A stretch of DNA of 64,000 nucleotides from Antechinus flavipes (taxonomy: Eukaryota). Shown one piece after another: positions 22,831 through 33,991 of this stretch. A program made the position numbers and the translations under genes. Below the pieces are notes generated by a model. The model had not been told where the DNA came from and ran no database searches. It saw only the letters and a program-made list of their open reading frames with translations. The stretch's first letter is position 1. Each line of letters opens with the position of its first letter. The DNA lies in assembly GCF_016432865.1 (NCBI RefSeq), contig NC_067399.1, positions 580,568,001 to 580,632,000 on the forward strand. Direction: 5' to 3'.

Positions 22831-22867
22831 AGAGAGAGAGAGAGAAGAAAGAAAGAAAGAAAAGAAA
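22798..22867. repeat. Compound A30-(GA)n-(GAAA)n repeat
   Basis: Seen directly. Confidence 0.95.
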
Positions 22868-23391
22868 TTACTCAGAACTTCCTGGAGGCAGAGGAATGGA
22901 GGCAATGACCTTATGAGGCCATCCTTACCAACTCACGGAATGCTATATTCTAGACTTCCTCCAAAGGGACTTTATTTAGGGGTAAGAGGTTAGAAAGGGA
23001 TGTAAGGTTTAGCTAAGTCTCTGGGAAAGCTGGAGCTGAACTCTGACCCACAACTTTACCCTTTTGGACCCCAGATCTACTTTTAGGATGGAACCAATTT
23101 CTATGGGCTCAGAATTTTTCAGTTTGAGCATTCATACCATAGAATCCACAAGGGATACCAAACCAGAGCTTAATTTTAGTATTTTATTGATTGTCTAAAC
23201 TTAAGAAAATGTTAGTAATTCACATTAAACTTAAAAGTGTGTCTTGGATACAATAATTTTTCAGAGAGTCTAGAAGCATCTTCCGCCTAAGATTAGTATC
23301 GTCTGTTCCTGCTTTTATCTGACCTCATATTTTTTTAACCAGTGTCTAATGCCCAAACGTGATGCCCTCGCTTGTGCCCACGCCCTGGCAT

Positions 23392-23464
23392 CTGGCTCTG
23401 AGAACTGAATTCCATAGGCTGTGAGCTCATGCAGATGCCCTAGGAAGTCAGTTCTGGAGCCCGG
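23392..23464 (+). ncRNA. MIR146B: pre-miR-146b hairpin (5p 23399-23420 UGAGAACUGAAUUCCAUAGGCU; 3p about 23436-23457)
   Basis: Exact mature miR-146b-5p sequence, a complementary 3p arm, loop GUGAGCUC as in the eutherian hairpin, and the syntenic position between CUEDC2 and C10orf95. Confidence 0.97.
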
Positions 23465-24079
23465 TGGCCTCAATCTGGTGGAGTCCAGATGCCTAAAGAG
23501 GCAAAGACACTGTATTAGGAATCGAATTGTGCAATACTCCCGTAAATCTGTCTCAGCAGCCATTTCCAAGGCTCTGGGTCAGCTCTACAATTCCTGGAGC
23601 CTTAGCTATTTCAACGACTAACTTGGACACAGATCAGTCTTTGCACCTTTGCACCTGTTTCCCCTTCACAGTGTTCTCTCCCCCATTGTTTATATTCTAT
23701 CCCATCCTTCAAGGTCCTGTCAATTTCTTCCTCTTCCAACGGAGGCAGGTAGGCCATAACGGTCAATAGAATGCTGGACCTGGAGCTGGAAAACCTGAGA
23801 CAAATTTGACTTTTGGAGCCACATGACCCTGAGCAGATCATTCAACCTCAGTCTGTTTCAGTTTTTTCAGTTGTAAAATATTGTAAATAGCACTTACCTC
23901 ACTGGTTGTTGTGAGAATCAAATAAGTTAATAAGTATACTCCATACAGAGTAAGAGCTTAATAAATGCTTATTCTTCCTTTTCTTCTAAAGAAGCCTTGC
24001 CTGATCATCTCAGGTCATTCTGGAATCTTCATCCTTTGGAGCTTTTAGTGATTCCCATTTAAGTGGAAATGAGAGCTTG

Positions 24080-24310
24080 TGCTCTCTTGCTCTCGCTCTC
24101 GCTCTTGCTCTCGCTCTCTCTTCTCTTTATCTCTCTGTTTCTGTTTTTCTCTGTCTCTGCCTCTGCCTCTCTCTGCCTCTGTCTCTTTTTCTGTCTCTGT
24201 CTCTGTATCTATCTGTGTCTCTCTTCTCTATATCTCTCTTTGTGTATCTGTCTGTTTTTGTCTTTGTCTTTCTCTGGTGTCTTTGCCTAATCTGTGCTTC
24301 CATCTCTACT
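24080..24310. repeat. Degenerate (CT)/(CTGTCT) low-complexity repeat
   Basis: Seen directly. It generates spurious Ser/Leu/Cys ORFs. Confidence 0.9.
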
Positions 24311-25904
24311 AGTACTCTGCCTCTCCATATCTGTGCACACATATTATCTCTACTCTTAAGTTATAAACCTGACAGAGCCAGAGATCATGTCTTTGCTAAA
24401 CATGATTTGTCCTCCAGCACCTGGCATAGTGTTCTGTACAGAGGATTGAATCAATATTTGTGGAATGAATGAAATCCTTCACATCTGGCCTAGGATCTCG
24501 AGTTCTTGGGACGTGTGTCATATTCCTCTGCAATCCATGGCCCAGATCTTCATTCAATTCACTCGAGTCCTGTAATTCACACATTGAAAGTATTCTTAAG
24601 AAATTAAAAATTAATATTATAAAAAGAAATTCTCCTGATTCCTTCAGCCCTTTCCTCTGATTGTATGGCCCTTCCCAGAGCCCACAGGTAAAGTTGGTGC
24701 CTAAACCAGCTCAGCCTCATTCTTCTTAAGAGTATCCTCCCGACCTCCTCTACCACACTTTCTTTGGATACCTTAGTCCCCCACAATCCCTAGATTTTCA
24801 GCTTCCTTTTATGTATTTTCTTCCATTATTAAAATGTAAGTCTTTTGATTTCTCTCTACTTGTATTTGTATTCTCAGCAGTTAGCATGAATGCCTAGCAT
24901 ATAGTAAATGGGAAGCTGAGTTTTCCTTGCAATGCATGTAATTTGACATAAAATAAATTCCTACTTGCCATTAAAGAATAGAATTTCTGACATAAAAAAT
25001 TTTAAAGCTTTTTATTTTCAAAACATATGCATAGTTTTCAACGTTCATCCTTACAAAACCTTGAGTTCCAAATTAAAAGATCTTTTTAAAGATGACCTTT
25101 AAATCCATCCCTTACATTGCAATCCTTTTCTCCTCTGTGTGTGGTACCCTAAGGAGCTGCCTAATTTTCCTTCTTTTAGTCCCAGAGCTGGGACTTAGAA
25201 AAAAGAAACTTGGAAGAAATTGCAGCTTACTTAAGCATCCAAGAACTAGGGGCAAAAGTACTGGAATGGTTGTGCCATTTCTTTCTTCAGCTCATTCCAC
25301 AGATGAGGAAATTGAGGAAAATAGGGGAAGTGATTAGACCAGGGTCATACAACTAGTAAGTGTCTGACTCCAGAATGGAGCTCTGTCCATTAAGCCACCC
25401 AGCTGGTGCTTTACTCTTACTATCTGGTACATATTCTGGCTTTCCTTATTTCCAGTTTTACTATTCAACTTGGATAGACGGGTTTCTTAGCTACCTCCTG
25501 TGTGTGTTCATGGTGGAACTGGTTTTTGGTAGGAAAGGAATCAAACCTTCAGTCTAAACCTTGGAGTCCTGCTTCCCCCATTAATGAAACAATGATCAGA
25601 AATTAGCTTGAATTTGACAACTCTATCTCCTAGACTAATAATTTCTAAGGGAATAAATCAATATAATTCTAGTTCAATACTCATTTTCACTGAGGAGAGG
25701 AGAGCAGAGCAACTAAGTTTCTGGCCCTGACCTTCTGCTTCTCTTCCCTGCAGTAAATAAAAAGTTTTCCTTGCAGAAAAGTCTTTAGAGAAAGGGATAG
25801 AAATGTCCATTTTGCCTCCTTTCAAGCCACACAACAATACCTCCATGCTACATGTGGGGGACAGCTCTCATAACCCTTCTGTAAAATAAGGGAATTAGAT
25901 TAGA

Positions 25905-26135
25905 TGATTTTATGAATATTTCCCCTAAAGAGTCCATGCATAGATTTGGAGGATCTGTGAAATCAATGGGAAAAAAATGCATTTTTTTCAATATAATTGG
26001 GTTCCTTTGTAATTCTATAATATATATATATATGTATTCTTTTTTATGCATTTAAAAACATTATTCTGAGAAGAGGTCTATGGGCTTTAACAGTGTCCAA
26101 AGGGGTCAATAAAGCTGAAAAGGTTAAAGCCCCTT
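25905..26135. mobile_element. hAT-type MITE (same family as 22236-22410)
   Basis: Internal homology to the 22.3 kb copy, with a terminal aaaaggttaaagcccct. Confidence 0.55.
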
Positions 26136-27169
26136 GATTTAAGTGTATAATCCTATTGATCCTATAAAGTAGACCTGGAAAGTTAGATCAGATTGAAAAT
26201 GCAGTTCTGGATTTAGAGTCAGCAAGACCTATGTTCAAATTTAGCTTCAGACTCTTACTAGTTGTGGAGTCAGGAATGATATCACCACTGATCACCCAAA
26301 CCTATATCTTTGGAGGTTTCCTTATTCTCAAATAAGCTCAAACTCCAGATTCCCTGGGGTGGCAGCTTCAGTATTGTAATGAATGAAAAGTGTGAGAGAC
26401 ATAGTTTCTGGGTAATTAATAATCAATTTACTAATTGTGGCTAGTAAATAATTAACAAAACTAGGTCAGTAGTACTTTCTCAAAAGACTAAGACAAATCT
26501 GAAGGAATATTGAATGCTTTAAAAAGCTTTTCAAAAAGGAGGTATACCTGAGGGTGGAAATCAAGTGTAATTGGTTAACAATCAATGAGGAGGTAGATGA
26601 GGATGTTGACTGAAAGCTGTTAGTGTCTCATCCTGAGAAATCCTCTGTCTCCAGCTATCTGGACAAAGGCATCCATCTTTACCCAGACAATGAACAATGA
26701 TGGTGGGGTAAGACAATATCATCCATCAGCAATGACCTTCAGAGACTGGCTAAATAACTTATAGGACTTGGTTTCTGAATGAGGAAATAGGAAAGGAAAA
26801 CCTTAATCTGAATTTAATAATTGGTTATTACTATAAGAGAAAAAAAGATTTCTTTCAGTATTAGAAGTGCCACAAATTCCTCCTAGGGACTTATGGTGCC
26901 CAACTTTCCCTCAGCACTTTCCTTCTCTTAAACCAAATGAAAAAGATCAGGATAAAATAAGACTTTATTGGAGAATTAAATAGTAAGGATGATCAAAGTA
27001 GAAATAAGGATTATATAATCTTTCTGCCTGAAGTTCTCCTCTGACACAGAGGATCTAGGTATACTTTAGAGATATCTCATTCTCTAGTTCATTGTCTCTA
27101 CCCAGGCGGCATCTAAGAGTTTCAGTAATTGGCATTTCCCAAAGGGAGCCACTGCCTTCCCTTAAAAGT

Positions 27170-27395
27170 GGGTAGTTAGAAGGTGCAGTAGATAGAGTGC
27201 TAGGCCTAGCGTCAGGAAGCCAAATGTGGCTTCAGGTATTTACTAGTTGTGTGATCCTGGGTAAGTCATTTAACCCTGTTTGCCTCAGTTTCTCATTTAT
27301 ACAATGAGCCAGAGAAAGAAATGGCAAACCACTTCAGTATCTTTGCCAGGAAAACCCAAATGGTGTCACCAAGAATTGGACTGAACAATAACCCT
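27170..27395 (+). mobile_element. MAR1-type marsupial CORE-SINE
   Basis: tRNA-like head (ggtgcagtagatagagtgct), CORE (ctgtttgcctcagtttctcat) and a BovB-like tail (gaaatggcaaaccacttcagtatctttgcc). Confidence 0.75.
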
Positions 27396-27884
27396 TAAAA
27401 ATACTAAGTCAATGATCAAAATTGATTATTGATAATGATCAAAACAAAGTCTAAAAAATGAAGAAAGGACTCACTAACAAATTGAAAGGGAAAAAATTCT
27501 GGAAGCTACCTTTCTGGGTAGTGAGAGGCAATCCCCCACATATAGCATGGGAATGTCATTGTATGACTCAAAGGGAGGTAGAATAGAAATCTCTAGGCTC
27601 TACTTCCTGCCCTCTTCTCCACTTTTCCAAAGGGGAATTAAATTCCTGTCAAGAAGGAGAGCAGGAAGTTGGGGCCAGGAATTTGGCTACTCAGCTTTTC
27701 TCCAAGAGCTGGGGAACTAGGTTAGAATTGTACCTACTTGCTCCCTAAAATATTGTTAGTCTAGGGGATGTGATTTTCAGATTCAATTTCATTTCTGATT
27801 CCATTAATTGGAAAAGCTCTATATGCAAGACTTGATCCTTTTTCCACTAACTATCAACTTCAAAACAAATATACATAAGGTAAT

Positions 27885-28757
27885 TGTAATGGGCTAAGGT
27901 TTGAGTTGATGCACTGAGGTCCCAAGCACGTGAGGCTAAATGGTAATTGGACCATACTCTATTAATATATATGCTCATGGTTTGAGACCCAATGAAATCT
28001 GGCAAATGGATGTGACCCATTATAAATCTTTTGGTCGTCTGTCTTTTATCCACGTTGTGGTAGACACCTTTTCAGGATTCACTTTTGCCACACCAGCAGC
28101 AAAAGAGACAGCCCGAGTGGTCACTGAATTCCTCACGCAAGCATTTGCCTGCCATTAGGGGTGTGCCACAAGCAATAAACACAGACAATGGTCCTGCATA
28201 CACCTCCAAATATTTTGCACACTTTTGTGCACAGTATAAGATTTTACACACCACTGGCATACCCTTTAATCCTCAAGGTCAGGCAATAGTAGAGAGGAGA
28301 AACAGAGACATTAAGATGCTGCTCCAAAAGCAAAAGAAAGCGGGAGATGTAATGGGCTGAGGCTCGAGTTGATGCACTGAGGTCCCAAGTACGTGAGGCT
28401 AAATAGTAATTGGACCATACTCTATTAATATATAAGCTTGGAGAAAGAAAGCCCCCGCCCACTCTTTTTGCAAGTCCTGATGTGTTGTATAGGAAATGAC
28501 GATTTTGGTGGGTGGAGGCAAGGGAGTGGAGAGGGAAGCAGAAAGAGAGACTGCTGGTTGGCATCTGGTCACAGCTGCTTGCATTGCCATTGCGACGGCC
28601 CTTCAGCTCAGATCTCCCTCTGCAAACTGGCTTCCTGTCGCAGCTGCCCATATTGCTATCACAATCCCCCCTCACCTCTACTGAGAATAAAGATTGAAGA
28701 TTTTTCCTTTAACCTGAATTCCTGCCTCCGGCTGATTTTAAATACACGGTCATCACA
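27885..28757 (+). mobile_element. Internally deleted class II (betaretrovirus-like) ERV provirus: truncated 5' LTR (27885-27971), integrase core (about 27975-28345), PPT, full 3' LTR (28348-28757)
   Basis: TG...CA termini, 6-bp TSD GGTAAT (27879-27884 and 28758-28763), an 87-bp LTR duplication, IN motifs GLRPNEIWQMDVTH / TDNGPAYTS / PQGQAIVER, and LTR AATAAA at 28686. Confidence 0.93.
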
Positions 28758-29753
28758 GGTAATTATAAAAGAAACCCATTTATCCAATTTAATCACAAAA
28801 CAGAAATCAAAGGAAATATATATGAATTATATTTCATCTTTCATAAGATCAGAATGCTAGCTCATTCTTTAAAGCTTCTGTTTTTCTAAATGCTACATCT
28901 CCATATCTCTCCCATCATCCCGATATTTTTGATGATATGATCCTTATTTGAACCATCCAGATAAGTCTGCTTAGCCTCAGGCAAACTTAGGCAAGTTAAG
29001 TCTAGCTTGGCTGTGGCCATTCCTGGTAGCTACCTCCCTTCCCCAGTTCCTAATAATCTTCCCACTCACATCCATATCTCCCACTGAATCTTAGAGTCCA
29101 AAGTTGCATTCCTTTTCTCTGGTTTTCTTTCCTTTTTCTTCCTCCAATGTATATGTGAAAATGAACACAAGCTACATCTCAAAAGATTTCCATAAGGGAG
29201 AAGGAGATGGGGCAGATTCACTGCCCTCCATAATGTTTGTCTATGGCTAAAAGAAAGAAGAGTAACTCTATCTGAAGAGCAAAGATATGTCCTTCCCATG
29301 CTTAGGTTAGAAAGCTAACTAATACTGGAAGGTGCTTCTGAGTTCCAGCTTCTCTGTCCTGATAAAGGGATGGAAGGCATTTGGCCTGGACTCACCTCCA
29401 GAGGTACCTGATTGCCCCTTTTCCCCATTTCTAACCTTGCTCAATCCTATTCTCTCTTTTCCTTCCCATTATAGCAGGAATAAGTAAGAAAAGGAGTTGG
29501 ATCAATCATCTTTGGACCTGGTGAAATCAACTGATAATTCTTGGAGCTGTTCATTAGTCATGATTTAAAGGAAGAGATGTGAGAAGAAGACATATTCTCA
29601 TCCCTTTGCAGAAGTGGGAGATCCATAAGTATATTACAGATATTCTTAGATTTTTTTTTTAGTTGTAATCAGTTATACTGATTTTCTTTCCATTTTCTTT
29701 TTTTGTTATAAAAACATTAAAAAATTAATAACCCAAGGCCACCATTCCTCAGA

Positions 29754-29755
<2 letters not shown>

Positions 29756-29826
<71 letters not shown>
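29756..29826. repeat. (TA)35 microsatellite
   Basis: Perfect run seen directly. Confidence 0.98.
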
Positions 29827-29830
<4 letters not shown>

Positions 29831-30545
29831 CAGATTGCCAATATGACAGAAAAAGAAAATTACAAATGTTGGAGGGGATATGGGAAAATTGGGACATTAA
29901 TTCAATTGTTGTTAGAGTTGTAAACCAATCCAACTATTCTAAAGAGCAATTTGGAACTAACCCACAAAGCTAAAATATCGCATATCCTTTGACTTAGAAA
30001 CACTACTAGGTCTACATTCTGAAGAGATTTTTAAAAATTTGTTTTACGAAAAAAGACCTATAGGCATAAAATATAGCAGCTCTTTTTGTGGTAGCTAAGA
30101 ATAGGAAATTGAGGGGATGCCTATCAACTGGACAAGTTGTGGTATATGGTTGTGATGGAATACTTTTGAGATTAGCAAGATGCTTTCAGAAAAACCTGAA
30201 AAGATTTACATAAACTGATACAAAGGGAAGTCAGCTGAAACAGAAGAGCAAGGTGCACAGTAACACCAATATTGTAAGGCTGATCAACTGAAAAATAGCT
30301 ATTTTTAGCAATTCAGTGATCTGAGATAGTTCTGAAGGGCCCATAATTAAAAATACTATCCATCTCCAGAGAAAGAATTGATGGAGTCTAAATGAAAATC
30401 AAAACATACTTTTTTACTTTATTTTAATGGAATGTGCATGACTATACATGTATAACCTATATTAAATTGTTTGTCTTCATAATAAGGAGGAAAGGAGGAA
30501 GGGAGTGAGAGAATTTGGAACTCAAATTTTTTAAAAATCAATATT
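29827..30545 (+). mobile_element. L1 3' fragment (degenerate ORF2 C-terminus plus 3' UTR)
   Basis: Decayed IRLANMTEK...CWRG...GTL sequence typical of the L1 ORF2 end. Confidence 0.75.
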
Positions 30546-30557
30546 AAAGAAATTTTA

Positions 30558-32800
30558 GGGAGGTGGTACTAAGATGACAGAGCAAAGGCAGGAACTCACC
30601 CAGTCTCTCCCCCAAACTGTTCCAAATTCCTTTAAATAATGACTCTAAACAAATTTTAGAGTGTCAGATCACCCAAAAAGATGGAGTGGAATATTTTCCA
30701 GTCAAAGGCAACTTAGAAGGTCAGCAGAAAAGATTTGTAACACTAGAGTGGCAGTCTGGCATGCAGTCCTGGTACAGACAAGCCAGCCCAGTCCTAGCCA
30801 CAGCCTGACCCCAGTCATCAAGGCGGGACCTCTGGATCTGAACTGGTGGCAGTGTTAATGACTGCTGGATCTCTCAACTGAGAGACACCAGGGAGAGCCT
30901 GGAAAGTCAGCAGAGAAGGTCTGTGGCATCGGGGTGGGAGCTCCCGGTGCAGGGATATTTTAGCCAAATTGCAGAAGTCCCAGGTCAAGAAGAAAATATT
31001 GTAAGCATCTCAAAACAAATTCAAGTATGTGGAGTCACAGGATAACACAAGATTTAGCAGCTTCTATGTTAAAGGACTGGAGGGCTTGGAGTATGATAAA
31101 CTGCAGAGCACTGGAGCTGGGATGACAACCAAGAATCACCTACCCAGCAAAATTGAGTATAATCCTCCAGAGGAAAAGGCAGTCATTCGTGAAACAGAGG
31201 ATTTTCAAGCATCCCTGATGAAAAGACCAGACCTGAATGGAAAATTTGATTTTCAAATACAGGATACAGGAGAAGCATAAGGAGGTAATCAGGAAAGTGA
31301 TGTCATAAGGGACCTAATTAGATTTATCTGTTTATATTTCAACATGGGAGGATGATACTTGTAATTTATTAGAACTTTCTCATTATGATGGCAGTTTGAA
31401 AGAATATCTACCTATATCTACATCTCTCTCTATCTATAAACAGAGGGCATAGGTGTGAGTTGAATAGAAGGGATAATATTTAAAAAAAGGGGTGAGAGAG
31501 GAATGTACTGGGAGAAAGGGAGAGGGAGAAATGCAGTGGTTTTAATCATCTACTATAAAAAAAAGAGAGGAGAAAAAGCTTTTACAGTAGAGAGGAAAAG
31601 GGGAAAGAGAGGGTGAATGAATGACCTTACTCTCATCAGAATTGGCTCAAAAAGGAAATAACATACACACTCAATATGGATATAGAAATCTCTCTTTCCC
31701 AGCAGGATAACAGGAAGGGGAATGGGATACAGGAAGGGGGAAGAAGGGGCATATTGGGGGAGAGAGTAGTTCTGTTGCAAAACACTTTTGAGGAGAGACA
31801 AGGTTAAAGAAGAGTTAGCAATCATAATGGTAAAAAAAATTTTGAGACAAGTTTCTCTAATAAGGTCTCATTTTTCAAACATAGAACTGAGTCAAATTTA
31901 TAAAAAATAAGAATCATGCTCCAATTGATAAATGATCAAAAGATATGATCTGTGCCCAAAGAGCTATAAAGTCACTATTATCCTTTGATCTAATAGCACT
32001 GCTACTAGGCATGACTACTAAAAGAGATTTTTTTTTAAAAAGGAAAATGACCTATATGTAAAAAAAAATTATAGCAACTTGCTTCTCAGGGAAAAAAAAT
32101 GGAAATTGAGGGGATGCCCATCAATTGGGGAATGGCTCAATAAATGGTGGCATGTATTTGTGATAGAATATTATTGTTCTGTGGGAAATGATGAGCAGGA
32201 TGTTCCAGGGGGGAAAAAAAAAAACCTTGGAAAGTCCTCCATGAACTCAAGCAAAGTGAAATGTACTGTATACAAAGTAATAGTAATGTTCTATGATGAT
32301 CAGCTGTAAATGATTTTGTTATTTCCAGCAGTACAAGGATCCACAACTACTCTGAAGGACTTATGATGAAAAATCCCATTCATACTCAGAGAAGGAACTG
32401 ATTGTGTCTGAATATAGATTGAAGCATTCTCATTCTCTCTCTCTCATTTTAAATTTAATTTTCTTAAGGGTTTTTTATTTTTATTTGGGTGGGAAATTCA
32501 TGTTTTCTCTCACAATTTGATTTGATGGAAATGTTTTGCATAACTTCACATGTAGTTTCTTAATTGTGAATGGGGATAAGGGAAAGAAATTAGAACTCAA
32601 AAATTTTAAAAACATAAAAAATCTGTTTTAAATGTAACTAGGGAAAATATTAAATCAAAAATGAAAATTTGCATATAATTGGAAAAAATATATATCATAT
32701 GTACTTATATATGTTATGTGGGATGGCTCTCTGAGAGATGAGGGATACTGGGGAAAATTTGATGATATAAAAAATTAATAAAAACAATAAAAGAAATTAA
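30558..32800 (+). mobile_element. L1-derived element: 5' UTR, ORF1 C-terminal remnant, spacer, short ORF2 end, 3' UTR
   Basis: 5' end gggaggtggtactaagatgacagag. ORF 31029-31280 ends ETEDFQASLMKRPDLNGKFDFQIQDTGEA, which resembles the L1 ORF1 C-terminus. Most of ORF2 is absent. Confidence 0.7.
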
Positions 32801-32905
32801 TAGAAAATACATCCTCATTAATCCCTCTAACTCCAAATATTTGGCAAACCTCCAGAGTGCAAGCTCAATATGAGACAGTACTGTGATATGGTAACCCCCA
32901 AATCT

Positions 32906-33050
32906 TTTTTTTTTAATTTTAATTTTATTTTATTTAATAATAGCTTTGTATTGACAGAATCCATGCCAGGGTAATTTTTTACAACATTATCCCTTGAACT
33001 CGCTTATATTTCAATTTTTCCCCTCCCTCCCTCCACCCCCCCAAGATGGC
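32906..33050 (-). mobile_element. 5'-truncated young L1 3' tail with 13-bp TSD
   Basis: Perfect TSD AACCCCCAAATCT at 32893-32905 and 33051-33063, a poly(T) tract, and cctccctccctccacccc...agatggcaa motif. Confidence 0.9.
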
Positions 33051-33149
33051 AACCCCCAAATCTAATACAATCTTAGACTACATTAAAAGACCTAGAATGA
33101 AAGAGGTGATAGATCCACAATAATCTGCCCTAGTCAGACTACTTCCATA

Positions 33150-33260
33150 GTAATATATTTACTTTTAGATGCCACATTTTAATGATATGGATGAGCTTGA
33201 GAGTATCCAGAGGAGGATAACAAAGATAACAAAGGGCCTTATGCATGCCATATAATTGAT
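33150..33260 (+). mobile_element. CR1/L3 fragment
   Basis: ttttagatgccacattttaa...agagtatccagaggaggataacaaagat resembles the CR1 ORF2 3' region (recall). Confidence 0.5.
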
Positions 33261-33627
33261 TAAAGATCCTATGAGTATTAATAAATATTAAGCATCTACT
33301 GTGTGAAAGGAGCTGTGCTAAGTGCTAGAGAAACAAAAAGAAGAAAAACACAATCCCTACCCTCAAGGGGTTGATAGTCTAATGAGAATTTTTCATCTAG
33401 AGATTTGGAGTACGCAAGAATATGAAAGATGGCATAAAGTATTTGATGGGATTTCAGACAGAAGAGCTAATTTTGCTTTGGTTCCAAAAGGAAGAAATGG
33501 GAACACCAGGAAGAAATGACAGCAGCATAATTTATCACAAACAATTAGAGCTATCTAAATGAGGAATCGGATGCCATTGAAAGTAGTGTATCCCACTTCA
33601 TTGGAGTTTTCAAATGAAATGATTAAT

Positions 33628-33991
33628 GAGCTTTTGTGAGGATTATGGTGCTGAAGAAGACTTTTGAGGGTCCTCTAGACAGCAAGGAGGTCAAATCAAT
33701 CAATACTTAAAGAAATTAATTCAGACTATTCACTGGCAGGTCAAATTTTGAAGCTGAATCTTAACTACTTTGGCCACATAATGAGAGCAGACAGGATTCA
33801 CTGGGAAAAAAAATCTTGATGTTGGGAAGGATTGAAGGAAAAAGGAAAAAGGGATGATAGAGGATGAGATATATAGATAGTATCATGGTGGCAATGAACA
33901 TGATTTTGGACGGATTTTGAGAGATAGTGGAAGATAGAAGGGCCTGGTGTCCATGGGGTAAAAAAGAGTTGGAAATGACGGAAGGACTGAA
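33628..33991 (+). mobile_element. BovB-type RTE LINE 3' end
   Basis: Colinear with the recalled BovB 3' terminus: gaagacttttgag.gtcc..gacagcaaggag, tactttggccac, gatgttgggaaggattgaagg, gaggatgagat, ccatgggg..aaagagttgga..tgac..gactgaa. Confidence 0.8.

Noticed and set aside
24063-24472. Ser/Leu/Cys-rich or Arg/Glu-rich ORFs
   Set aside because: Translations of CT/GA microsatellites. The same applies at 42280-42832 and 47863-48635.
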